Shown here in pieces: positions 35,147-42,715 of a stretch of DNA of 42,715 nt. The stretch covers positions 1 through 42,715 of the IMG/VR virus record IMGVR_UViG_3300030330_001825; one strand, given 5' to 3'. The first letter of the stretch is position 1, and the number at the start of each line of letters is the position of its first letter. The position numbers were made by a program, and so were the translations under genes. This DNA comes from a virus (taxonomy: Duplodnaviria > Caudoviricetes). Below the pieces are notes generated by a model that searched no databases, was not told the DNA's origin, and worked only from the letters and a program-made list of their open reading frames with translations.

Positions 35147-35942
35147 TACAACTTTTATCATGTCTCTCAGGATTGAGAGTGATGATAGACTTAGAAATGT
35201 AATTGTAAGTTCAATCTATCTTCTTGATAATACTGATTGTAAAATCATTGTCAAAGAGTCCGATAAGACTTCGGTGTTTGCTGAGAAAGCTTTACCGCAA
35301 ATTCGGGAATGTGTTGGTGATAAAGCAGACAGACTAACTCATATTTTTGAGGAGAATGATAAGAATTATTTTCATCGAACTAGACTGTTAAATGATATGG
35401 TCATGATGACTACCACAGATGTAGTGGTAAATTATGATTGTGACATCATTTTGCCACTAGAATCATATGTTACATCAGAAGAAAAGATTCTTTCTGGTGA
35501 ATGTGATGTTGTCTATCCCTATGGTGATGGGGACTGGCAATATCAGATTTTTGCTACAGATGAATTAGTTTCTGAATTTATCAATGAAGACTATGATCTT
35601 TCTGTTCTTAGAAAGAGGTCTAGAGTCTATGATGCAAAATATGGATTCTGTCAATTCTTTTCTACCAAAAAATATATTGAGGGTGGATTAGAAAATGAGA
35701 ACTTTATTGCATATGGATATGAGGATGATGAAAGATACTTTAGATTCCATAAACTAGGATATAATGTGTGTAGATTAGATGCACATGTATATCACATGGA
35801 ACATGCAAGAACTGATAATTCTTGGTTCACTAATCCTTTCATCGAACATAATAAGAGTTTGCATGATACTTTGATTGAGTTTGACAAAGAGCAACTTGAG
35901 GAGTATTATAGTGATCAGGACTACTTGAAAGCACGTCAATGA
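35133..35942 (+). CDS. GT-A glycosyltransferase (GT2/GT7-like)
   Basis: FHRTRLLN, DxD in NYDCD, GGLENENFIAYGYEDDE, YHMEH. Confidence 0.85.
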   Translation: MKLTNTTFIMSLRIESDDRLRNVIVSSIYLLDNTDCKIIVKESDKTSVFAEKALPQIRECVGDKADRLTHIFEENDKNYFHRTRLLNDMVMMTTTDVVVNYDCDIILPLESYVTSEEKILSGECDVVYPYGDGDWQYQIFATDELVSEFINEDYDLSVLRKRSRVYDAKYGFCQFFSTKKYIEGGLENENFIAYGYEDDERYFRFHKLGYNVCRLDAHVYHMEHARTDNSWFTNPFIEHNKSLHDTLIEFDKEQLEEYYSDQDYLKARQ

Positions 35943-36739
35943 TAGGATTTAATGCCCTTGGCAGGATGGGAAGACTTGCCAACCAGATGTTTCAGTATGC
36001 CTCTCTAAAAGGTATTGCAAAACATCATGGTTATGATTACATGATTGCCTATCATCCTGATGCCGTCGATGATGGTATTGGGAACATGTTGCGAACAGAA
36101 TTGTTTGATTCTTTTGATTTAAAAGTTCGGACAGGTCTTTTTAATGCACCAACATTGTCTGAGAGAGTTCATAACTTCGATCAGCAATTCTTTGACGAGT
36201 GTCCTGATAATGTGACGTTGCAAGGATATTTCCAAACGGAAAAATACTTTAAGCACATTGAAGATGAAGTCCGTGAGGACTTTACATTTAAAGATGATAT
36301 TCTTGCACCATGTAAGGAGATGATTGAAGATGTAGAGAATCCTGTTGCACTTCATGTTCGTCGCACTGATTATGTAATTAACTCTGCTAATCATCCGCCA
36401 TGCACTCTTGATTACTACAAGGAGGCACTGTCTCACTTTGAGGCACATCGCAATGTGATTGTTTTTTCTGATGATCCTGCATGGTGTAACGAGCAAGAAC
36501 TCTTTTCTGGAGAGCATTTCATGATTTCTGAGAATGATGATAATCGTGTTGATCTGTGTCTGATGTCACTGTGTGATGATTTTATCATTGCAAACTCCAC
36601 TTATTCCTGGTGGGGTGCATGGTTGTCTGCTAATAAAGATAAGAAAGTCATTGCCCCTAAGCAATGGTTTGGTACTCAAGGATATACAAAAGACCACAAT
36701 ACTGAAGATGTAATTCCTAATGAATGGATCAGACTTTGA
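35939..36739 (+). CDS. GT11 alpha-1,2-fucosyltransferase-like protein
   Basis: GRLANQMFQYA, GYFQTEKYF, LHVRRTDY, FSDD, ANSTYSWWGAWL, PKQWF. Confidence 0.93.
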   Translation: MIGFNALGRMGRLANQMFQYASLKGIAKHHGYDYMIAYHPDAVDDGIGNMLRTELFDSFDLKVRTGLFNAPTLSERVHNFDQQFFDECPDNVTLQGYFQTEKYFKHIEDEVREDFTFKDDILAPCKEMIEDVENPVALHVRRTDYVINSANHPPCTLDYYKEALSHFEAHRNVIVFSDDPAWCNEQELFSGEHFMISENDDNRVDLCLMSLCDDFIIANSTYSWWGAWLSANKDKKVIAPKQWFGTQGYTKDHNTEDVIPNEWIRL

Positions 36740-36743
36740 CAAG

Positions 36744-37565
36744 ATGGATAAGAACAAGTCCGTTTTTAAACTGCAAGGACTTCCTCATATTTACTGGTTA
36801 AATCTTGATGCTGACGTTGATAGACGTGAGTATATGGAGAAGCAGTTTGAGTATTGGGAAATTAATAATCATACTCGTATTGCTGGATATGATGCAAGAG
36901 AGGATGATGCATCAGAACATCTGAAAGGTAGAATTCCTGACAATGTAAGTCAGGCAGAATTGGGATGTTGTATGTCTCATCTAAAAGCAATTAAGACTTT
37001 CTATGAGGAGACTGATGACGATTATTGTATGATCGTTGAGGATGATGTTGACTTTTCTACGGTGAAGCATTGGAACTTTACGTGGAAAGAGTTTATTGGT
37101 CTGGCACCATATGACTGGGATTGTTTACAGTTAACCACTATATGTACTGGTGATATCCATGTAAAACTCCACCATAAGTTTATCAATGACTTTTCTGCTG
37201 CTGTGTATTTGATTACTCGACACCATGCAGCAAAGGTCTTGAAAAATCATATGCGTGGTAATAAGTGGAAACTTGATAATGGTGTTAAACCCAGAGCAGT
37301 GTCTGAAGATACGATCTTGGAGACTGGTAAAACTTACACTATTCCTCTGTTCTTGTATAACCTGACATTGGGATCTACCATTCATGCAGAACATATTGGA
37401 GTCTTCCATCAGGGTCCATGGACTGCATTATCTAATTATTGGCAACAGCAAGGACCATCAGTTGACATCCGAGACTGGATGAACTATGATCCTTACCTCG
37501 GTCGAGTCACCGAGAACTCTGCTGCTCAGAGAGCAGCACAAGAGGCGGCAAACCCCACCTCTTGA
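36744..37565 (+). CDS. GT25 (LPS biosynthesis) glycosyltransferase
   Basis: IYWLNLD...RREYM, ELGCCMSHLKA, IVEDDV, AAVYLITR. Confidence 0.9.
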   Translation: MDKNKSVFKLQGLPHIYWLNLDADVDRREYMEKQFEYWEINNHTRIAGYDAREDDASEHLKGRIPDNVSQAELGCCMSHLKAIKTFYEETDDDYCMIVEDDVDFSTVKHWNFTWKEFIGLAPYDWDCLQLTTICTGDIHVKLHHKFINDFSAAVYLITRHHAAKVLKNHMRGNKWKLDNGVKPRAVSEDTILETGKTYTIPLFLYNLTLGSTIHAEHIGVFHQGPWTALSNYWQQQGPSVDIRDWMNYDPYLGRVTENSAAQRAAQEAANPTS

Positions 37566-37595
37566 CAGTTTCTTAAGATTCTGTTAGTATAAATA
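37562..37595 (+). promoter_or_regulatory. Overlapping early (sigma70) and late promoters
   Basis: TTGACA-N17-TAGTAT overlapping TATAAATA (37588). Confidence 0.7.
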
Positions 37596-37709
37596 CTTAA
37601 CCTTTTGTCTTACGGTAATTTCCGTTACAAAAGGATACAACGGGGAATTGTCGATTCCCCTTCCATCTGCGGGTATCCATTCCGCAAGTAAACTAAGAGG
37701 TAAAAACAA

Positions 37710-38075
37710 ATGATCAAATCTGTATTCGCGGCAACTGCTGCTCTGTCAATGTCCGCAGGCGCTGCCCTTGCAGGTCCCTACGTTAACGTGGAAGCAAATG
37801 CTGGTTGGGTTGGAGACGACTACACTTCAACGACCACAGACATCCACGTAGGCTACGAGGGAGAAGTTGGTGCTGCTTCATACTACGTCCAGGCTGGTCC
37901 TGCGATCGTGGCTGTTGATGGCGTTGACACCGAAACTCAGTTCTCTGGTAAAGCAGGTCTGGGTATTCCCGTCAGCGATGCACTGAGTGCATATGGCGAG
38001 GTTTCCTTCCTGACTGCTGATGACGACGATGACTTCGGCGTTGGTGGTAAACTGGGTGTCAAGTACAACTTCTGA
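37710..38075 (+). CDS. Small outer-membrane beta-barrel (porin-like) protein
   Basis: Signal peptide ending ALA; alternating beta-strand pattern; C-terminal GVKYNF; GAGG RBS. Confidence 0.8.
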   Translation: MIKSVFAATAALSMSAGAALAGPYVNVEANAGWVGDDYTSTTTDIHVGYEGEVGAASYYVQAGPAIVAVDGVDTETQFSGKAGLGIPVSDALSAYGEVSFLTADDDDDFGVGGKLGVKYNF

Positions 38076-38111
38076 TTGTAGAGTAGACAATCAATATCTA
38101 GATACTATACT

Positions 38112-38135
38112 GGGGTGCGACGGCACCCCTTTTTT
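38112..38135 (+). terminator. Intrinsic terminator
   Basis: GGGGTGC-gacg-GCACCCC-TTTTTT. Confidence 0.85.
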
Positions 38136-38136
38136 C

Positions 38137-38322
38137 ATGAAAAAAATTCTGTTTTCACCAGTTACCCATTTTAATTTAATGTTAGTGGGTATTTTAATTT
38201 TCATAGGAGTGTTACATGAACACACTCATCACACCATGAAACAGGATGTGCATGGGGTCGTCAAACAATTTTGTAGAGAAAATCCTGACACTTGCATCAG
38301 TTATGGTAACAACGATTACTGA
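38137..38322 (+). CDS. Small membrane protein with His-rich segment
   Basis: MKKILFSPVTHFNLMLVGILIFIGVLHEHTHH...CRENPDTC. Confidence 0.65.
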   Translation: MKKILFSPVTHFNLMLVGILIFIGVLHEHTHHTMKQDVHGVVKQFCRENPDTCISYGNNDY

Positions 38323-38340
38323 GGGCGTATTTATAAGGGG

Positions 38341-38370
38341 TTGACAAAAATCGTTACATTACTATATAAT
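38341..38370 (+). promoter_or_regulatory. Sigma70 promoter of the hli cluster
   Basis: TTGACA-N18-TATAAT; imperfect inverted repeat GTTACATTAC/GTAATGCAAC around the -10. Confidence 0.75.
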
Positions 38371-38397
38371 ATGTAAAGTAATGCAACACAAAAAGAA

Positions 38398-38613
38398 ATG
38401 ACTCGCTCCGGTACTGTGACAATTGAAGACGGTGGACGCACAAATCTATTTGCTAGCGAACCTCAGATGGTTGTAGAATCCTACAACCGTAAGGGTTTGG
38501 AGTCCCCACAACAATATGCAGAGACCTATAATGGTCGTTGGGCGATGATGGGAATCGTTTCTGGTTTCATCTCATACGCTATCACTGGCAATTTCTTCTT
38601 CGGAATCTTCTGA
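38398..38613 (+). CDS. hli: High-light inducible protein
   Basis: AETYNGRWAMMG...YAITGNFFFGIF; N-terminal EDGGRTNLFASEP. Confidence 0.93.
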   Translation: MTRSGTVTIEDGGRTNLFASEPQMVVESYNRKGLESPQQYAETYNGRWAMMGIVSGFISYAITGNFFFGIF

Positions 38614-38699
38614 TGACTGAAGCACTTTTTACCGTCACTAGCATTGCATTTTTTGTACTGCTGTCCTATTCTGTAGAACAACTTTCTGAGACTTATTGA
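38613..38699 (+). CDS. 28-aa membrane peptide (not in ORF track)
   Basis: MTEALFTVTSIAFFVLLSYSVEQLSETY; TGATG coupling at both ends. Confidence 0.65.
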   Translation: MTEALFTVTSIAFFVLLSYSVEQLSETY

Positions 38700-38965
38700 T
38701 GATCGAACTTTTGACGCAGACCGAATTCTCTTGGGCTGCCAACCACACTATTGCGGAATTCCTTGCAGGATATATCTTTGGTGCTGCTCTTATTATTGGA
38801 GCACCAGCAATCTTCTTTCTGCTTGCCTTCATGTCAGCCCTTCAGAATACTAAAGGGCGAATGGTTGGATACAAGGATCACAAGGAATATGGTGATTCCT
38901 CAACATATGAGAACACCCCTTCCAGTACAGATACTTTCCAACTTTGGATTTCTGGGTTATCCTAG
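38699..38965 (+). CDS. Hypothetical membrane protein
   Basis: EFLAGYIFGAALIIGAPAIFF...GYKDHKEYGDSSTYENT. Confidence 0.75.
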   Translation: MIELLTQTEFSWAANHTIAEFLAGYIFGAALIIGAPAIFFLLAFMSALQNTKGRMVGYKDHKEYGDSSTYENTPSSTDTFQLWISGLS

Positions 38966-38997
38966 GAATATATACGAAGTAAACAGAATTACTTAAT

Positions 38998-39153
38998 ATG
39001 CCTAACCCAGACGCATTGTGGCAGGACATACAAAAACTCGACGATATGTATGAAGAGTTGATGTGGCATCCTGACGACGAATTACAATTCACTCACGACG
39101 GTGAAAAAATTATCATTACGAACAAAACACTAGAGGATCAAAAAAATGTTTAA
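38998..39153 (+). CDS. Small hypothetical protein (not in ORF track)
   Basis: MPNPDALWQDIQKLDDMYEELMWHPDDELQF..., 51 aa. Confidence 0.65.
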   Translation: MPNPDALWQDIQKLDDMYEELMWHPDDELQFTHDGEKIIITNKTLEDQKNV

Positions 39154-39256
39154 CGAAACAGCAGAAAAACTGAACGGACGCGCAGCAATGGTTGGTTTCA
39201 TTGCAGCAGTAGGTTCTTACCTTGCAACTGGTCAAGTAATTCCAGGTGTATGGTGA
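39146..39256 (+). CDS. hli: High-light inducible protein, short form (not in ORF track)
   Basis: MFNETAEKLNGRAAMVGFIAAVGSYLATGQVIPGVW; GAGG RBS. Confidence 0.95.
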   Translation: MFNETAEKLNGRAAMVGFIAAVGSYLATGQVIPGVW

Positions 39257-39261
39257 ACGAC

Positions 39262-39393
39262 ATGTTAGTCATAGCAGCTTCCATGATCGGAGGGTTTGTT
39301 TTTGCCGCCCTATTGAGTGATGGAAACTTTGATGATGACGACGGTCCAGGTGGTGGGTTGATGCAACCAAATTATGCATCTCCTAACTCATAA
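39262..39393 (+). CDS. Small membrane peptide with acidic/Gly tail (not in ORF track)
   Basis: MLVIAASMIGGFVFAALLSDGNFDDDDGPGGGLMQPNYASPNS; possible GTG start at 39253. Confidence 0.65.
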   Translation: MLVIAASMIGGFVFAALLSDGNFDDDDGPGGGLMQPNYASPNS

Positions 39394-39397
39394 GATT

Positions 39398-39547
39398 ATG
39401 ACTTATAACTGGACCTTACTTCAAACACTTATCTTTATCATCACCCCTTTCTTTTTAATGCTTGCTTTGTCAAGTGATGATAAGGATGGTGGTGGACCAC
39501 CTGACGGAGGGATAATGACACCAGTTTACGCACCGTCACCCTCTTGA
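39398..39547 (+). CDS. Small membrane peptide with acidic/Gly tail (not in ORF track)
   Basis: MTYNWTLLQTLIFIITPFFLMLALSSDDKDGGGPPDGGIMTPVYAPSPS. Confidence 0.65.
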   Translation: MTYNWTLLQTLIFIITPFFLMLALSSDDKDGGGPPDGGIMTPVYAPSPS

Positions 39548-39572
39548 CACGCACAATCGAATAACCTATAAT
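39544..39572 (+). promoter_or_regulatory. Sigma70 promoter
   Basis: Perfect TTGACA-N17-TATAAT, immediately followed by GGGGGT-actat-GCCCCC-TTTTT. Confidence 0.8.
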
Positions 39573-39597
39573 TCGGGGGTACTATGCCCCCTTTTTA

Positions 39598-40170
39598 ATG
39601 TTCGGACGGATCGCTGCCTTAGTTTCTGTAGCACTCATTGGTGCTTCTTGTGCCACCAAAGCAGTGGAGCAAAAAGAAGTTGTAAGTATTCCAGTGGAAC
39701 CATATGTTCCTACCTGGAAGTGTATTGACTGCACACCTGAAGAACAATTTGTTCTTTCTGAACTCCAAGACAAAACTAAAATCACGGATAGAAATGCCCT
39801 GGCAACGATACTGGGAAATATTAAACAGGAAAGCAAGTTCCATTCCAACATTTGCGAGGGAGGGGCTAGAGTTCCTTACTCTGATTGCCATCGGGGTGGG
39901 TACGGACTCATTCAGTGGACCACTGAGAACCGTTATCTGGGGTTAGGTCTGTTTTGCGATAAGTATGGATGTGATCCTAGTTCGCTTGAGGGTCAGACCC
40001 GTTACATGATTAACGAAATCCACTTCCAGAAAGTTCTTCCAGAATTTGAAGGCAGTGGTAAAAGTGTCCAGCAATACATGGTCCCTGCCTATTATTGGTT
40101 AGGATGGGGCATCAAGGGTAATCGAGAGATCTACTCTTATAACTACTCAAAGAAGCTTGTTCTCGCATGA
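39598..40170 (+). CDS. Phage tail lysozyme-like peptidoglycan hydrolase with signal/lipoprotein-like leader
   Basis: ATILGNIKQESKF (catalytic Glu), GYGLIQWT, SLEGQTRYM; N-terminal LIGASC. Confidence 0.8.
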   Translation: MFGRIAALVSVALIGASCATKAVEQKEVVSIPVEPYVPTWKCIDCTPEEQFVLSELQDKTKITDRNALATILGNIKQESKFHSNICEGGARVPYSDCHRGGYGLIQWTTENRYLGLGLFCDKYGCDPSSLEGQTRYMINEIHFQKVLPEFEGSGKSVQQYMVPAYYWLGWGIKGNREIYSYNYSKKLVLA

Positions 40171-40586
40171 ATATTAAATCACTCAAGGAATCGATTCAAA
40201 TCTTCTCAAGAAAAGCGGCTACAGCAGTCAACTGGCCACCTGTCGAAAAAGATATTGAGTGTGCTATTGATGATGACGTTGTAGAGTGTTCTGAAATGGA
40301 CTCTCCACCATACACTGGTATTCCTGCTCCTATTTTGACTCCCGTTGATGATTGGTTTTCTGGTCCATACGGGTGTCCTACTGAAAAACAACAAGATTAC
40401 ATGGTACAAGAAGCAGAGATCAAGAAACAAGAAGCAGAGAATCGTCAGTACTGGACGAAAGAATCTGCTAACATTCATCAAGAGATGTATGACTTGGCAA
40501 CCAAGAGTGGTGCCACTACGGTTCAACTTGATCCTATCGGAGGATCCGAAAACTTCCAAGGCGGTTCAGAAAATGTCCATCGATGA
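40167..40586 (+). CDS. Hypothetical protein
   Basis: 139-aa acidic/Pro-rich ORF coupled to the upstream gene. Confidence 0.7.
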   Translation: MNIKSLKESIQIFSRKAATAVNWPPVEKDIECAIDDDVVECSEMDSPPYTGIPAPILTPVDDWFSGPYGCPTEKQQDYMVQEAEIKKQEAENRQYWTKESANIHQEMYDLATKSGATTVQLDPIGGSENFQGGSENVHR

Positions 40587-40794
40587 TTGGCGATACAGCG
40601 ATCACAAAATGAAAGTTAGGGAACAAGCACTTAAAGTTTTGCTTTCTAAATTTGGTGGGCAAATGGAAGGAGCACGTCCTAAATACAGCAGTCAATCAAT
40701 CTATGAATGTGTCCATGACTGGGTATCTCAGGGAAACATGCACACTGCAGGGATTGTAAAATATTACGAGGCTTATTATGCAAAAGGTAATTAA
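40573..40794 (+). CDS. Hypothetical protein
   Basis: MSIDDWRYSD...SIYECVHDWVSQG. Confidence 0.7.
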   Translation: MSIDDWRYSDHKMKVREQALKVLLSKFGGQMEGARPKYSSQSIYECVHDWVSQGNMHTAGIVKYYEAYYAKGN

Positions 40795-41020
40795 TGTTCT
40801 AGCAGTTCTATCATTTGTAGGAACTGCTGGTATTATTGGTGGAGGAACAGTTGTTTATCTCCGTCGTGATGCTATCGCTGAAAGCGTCAAAGAGCGTGTT
40901 GCTAAAGCGGCAACAGAAGCGATTGCAAAGGCACTTCCAGGGATGATGGATGCTGCTCTTCCTGAACTTCCCGCTGCTACTGGTGGTGCTATTCCTTCCA
41001 CTCCTTCTGTCCCATTTTGA
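40778..41020 (+). CDS. Small membrane protein
   Basis: GAGG RBS; N-terminal transmembrane helix; Pro-rich tail. Confidence 0.75.
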   Translation: MQKVINVLAVLSFVGTAGIIGGGTVVYLRRDAIAESVKERVAKAATEAIAKALPGMMDAALPELPAATGGAIPSTPSVPF

Positions 41021-41029
41021 TGATTTGTT

Positions 41030-41710
41030 ATGAAAAAAATTATTGCTTCCCTGGTTGCTGCGGCAGCGGTTGCCCTACCTGCCCATTCAGACCCAATCAC
41101 GGAAGATGAGTTCTTCACTCCTCATGCTCAGGGGTGTATGTTACTCCAAGAGTGTACCGATCATGTCCAAGAACTCAAAACAGTTTCCGACCTTAACAAG
41201 CATGAGGAACTGGTTGATATTGATTACAGTATTGTTGCTGATGAGTTTGACTCTCTCGTCCGATCACTTAATAAGGTCGGAGCTAAGGTTTTTCTAGCAG
41301 ACATGCGATACTTCCCAATTGGTCATCGTGGTGTCTATCATACTGTAAGCAATAACTTCTTCCTGAATGTTGCTCACATGCATCGTCCTGGCACCATGAT
41401 GTCAGTGATGCGTCATGAAGGATGGCACGCTGCTCAGGATTGCATGGCAGGAACAATTGAGAACAACTTTATTGCCATCATTCATGATCAAGAAGATGTT
41501 CCTCGTATGTATCAGGCAATCGCAAAGAGTGCTTATCAATCTCAACCAAAGGCGATTCCCTGGGAGAAAGAGGCATACTGGGCAGGACATACTGAGGGTA
41601 TGACTGCAGCAGCACTTGAGTCTTGTGCCGCAGGGACTATGTGGACTGATTATGACCCCACACCTATGACCCGCGAGTGGTTGGTTGAAAATGGATTTAT
41701 TGCTAAATAA
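41030..41710 (+). CDS. Secreted zincin-like metallopeptidase
   Basis: Signal peptide; MRHEGWHAAQDC (HExxH); downstream EKEAY third ligand. Confidence 0.8.
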   Translation: MKKIIASLVAAAAVALPAHSDPITEDEFFTPHAQGCMLLQECTDHVQELKTVSDLNKHEELVDIDYSIVADEFDSLVRSLNKVGAKVFLADMRYFPIGHRGVYHTVSNNFFLNVAHMHRPGTMMSVMRHEGWHAAQDCMAGTIENNFIAIIHDQEDVPRMYQAIAKSAYQSQPKAIPWEKEAYWAGHTEGMTAAALESCAAGTMWTDYDPTPMTREWLVENGFIAK

Positions 41711-41816
41711 TAACATCTGATACTCAAATATCAAGAACACCCAAGATAGACCACTTGACAATCCTTTTTTAGTCTTATAATGTAGTGGTCTATTATTGGA
41801 AAACCAGTATTTACAT

Positions 41817-42011
41817 ATGACACATTTAACAAGAGATGTGTTAGTCAAAGCCATAGTTGCAGAGGAGATGCGCTCCCTCACTGGCAATGATTACATTCAG
41901 TCTCTCAAGGATGCGTACAAAAAATGGGAACATCAGTCAAGTGATGATCTCTGTAGACAATTTAACTCCATCAAGCACACAACAATCTCTGTAGAGAATT
42001 TAGAACCCTAA
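41817..42011 (+). CDS. Hypothetical protein
   Basis: MTHLTRDVLVKAIVAEEM...SSDDLCRQFN. Confidence 0.7.
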   Translation: MTHLTRDVLVKAIVAEEMRSLTGNDYIQSLKDAYKKWEHQSSDDLCRQFNSIKHTTISVENLEP

Positions 42012-42037
42012 ATAAAGTTGCCTTTTACTGGTGACTC

Positions 42038-42472
42038 ATGTCTGAAGAAGTAAAGCAGGAAAAACCAAAAGGACCCATAGGGAAATTAAAAGATAAGATT
42101 GAAGATGCTGATGAGCAACTAGCGGTTCTCAGTACATTAGTAAGACTAGGTATTCTAATTTGGTCTGGTGGTATTCTTACTCTTAACTATGTGACCATTC
42201 CTGGATTACCACAGCAGAAGATCGATCCGACCTTCATAGCCAGCGTGTTCACTGGGGTTTTAGCTACGTTCGGGGTTCAGACCGCTAAGAAGTCTGGCGA
42301 TGGTACGATGAAGATGAACGGTGCTAATGGTGCTCCTGGTGCTATCACCAAGGCAGACCTTGAAAGATTGATTGCTGCTGCAAAGGAGACTGCTCCTGCT
42401 CAAACAATCAGAGTTGAGACAGCACCAATCAAAGTCGTAACTGATTCAGATCAACCACCATACAAGATGTGA
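42038..42472 (+). CDS. Late two-TM membrane protein
   Basis: TAAATA at 42009; LSTLVRLGILIWSGGILTLNY..IDPTFIASVFTGVLATFGV. Confidence 0.75.
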   Translation: MSEEVKQEKPKGPIGKLKDKIEDADEQLAVLSTLVRLGILIWSGGILTLNYVTIPGLPQQKIDPTFIASVFTGVLATFGVQTAKKSGDGTMKMNGANGAPGAITKADLERLIAAAKETAPAQTIRVETAPIKVVTDSDQPPYKM

Positions 42473-42473
42473 T

Positions 42474-42715
42474 ATGAAACCTTACCTCAAGTGGACTGCC
42501 ATTAGTCTTGGCAGCATAGTAGCGATTGCACACATCGGTGTGCTGGGACATTTGGTTAGAAGAGAACCTGATAGGATTCAGGTCCCGACCATTAATATCC
42601 CACGCGGCACTCCATATTCCTCTTACAAAATAGAGGCAGGTAAGGACGGATATACAATTGAATACAAAGCAAACGATCCTGCTATCCTTGAGTCGCAGAG
42701 ATCACTTATTCTTGA
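42474..42715 (+). CDS. Hypothetical membrane-anchored protein, 3'-truncated by window
   Basis: MKPYLKWTAISLGSIVAIAHIGVLG...YSSYKIEAGKDGYTIEYKANDP, open to the end of the window. Confidence 0.7.
   Translation, partial: MKPYLKWTAISLGSIVAIAHIGVLGHLVRREPDRIQVPTINIPRGTPYSSYKIEAGKDGYTIEYKANDPAILESQRSLIL

Noticed and set aside
992-41887. Numerous minus-strand and alternative-frame ORFs in the track (e.g. 3430-4062, 21732-22250, 26754-27329)
   Set aside because: They are shadows of well-supported + strand genes, with no motifs or RBS.

Overview
A 42.7 kb segment of a T4-like marine cyanomyovirus, probably infecting Synechococcus (inferred from hli genes and a set of U34 tRNAs). Essentially all real genes are on the + strand. 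In order: (1) replication module: dam (partial), gp62, regA, hsp20, two Sm-like paralogs, gp43, uvsX, a 2OG-Fe(II) oxygenase, gp41, mazG; (2) tRNA-Ala and a PD-(D/E)xK-like protein; (3) a late-promoter block of probable capsid-internal proteins (HxGH nucleotidyltransferase, two Glu-punctuated basic proteins) and virion genes; (4) gp61, nrdA, nrdB and a GIY-YIG nuclease; (5) eight more tRNAs mixed with small ORFs and structured non-tRNA elements (manA-like, wcaG-like and unnamed); (6) an ~11.5 kb sugar/glycosyltransferase island; (7) a porin-like gene, two hli genes, small membrane peptides, a lysozyme-like protein and a HExxH peptidase. Best leads: a possible uronic-acid amidation pathway in the glycan island that would use an adenylate-forming ligase; apparent capsid-targeted peptide 'polyproteins'; small RNAs beside an Sm-like pair; sigma70 promoters repeatedly built inside hairpins; and an unusual NSDYG in polymerase motif B. 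All calls come from manual motif reading, with no database searches.
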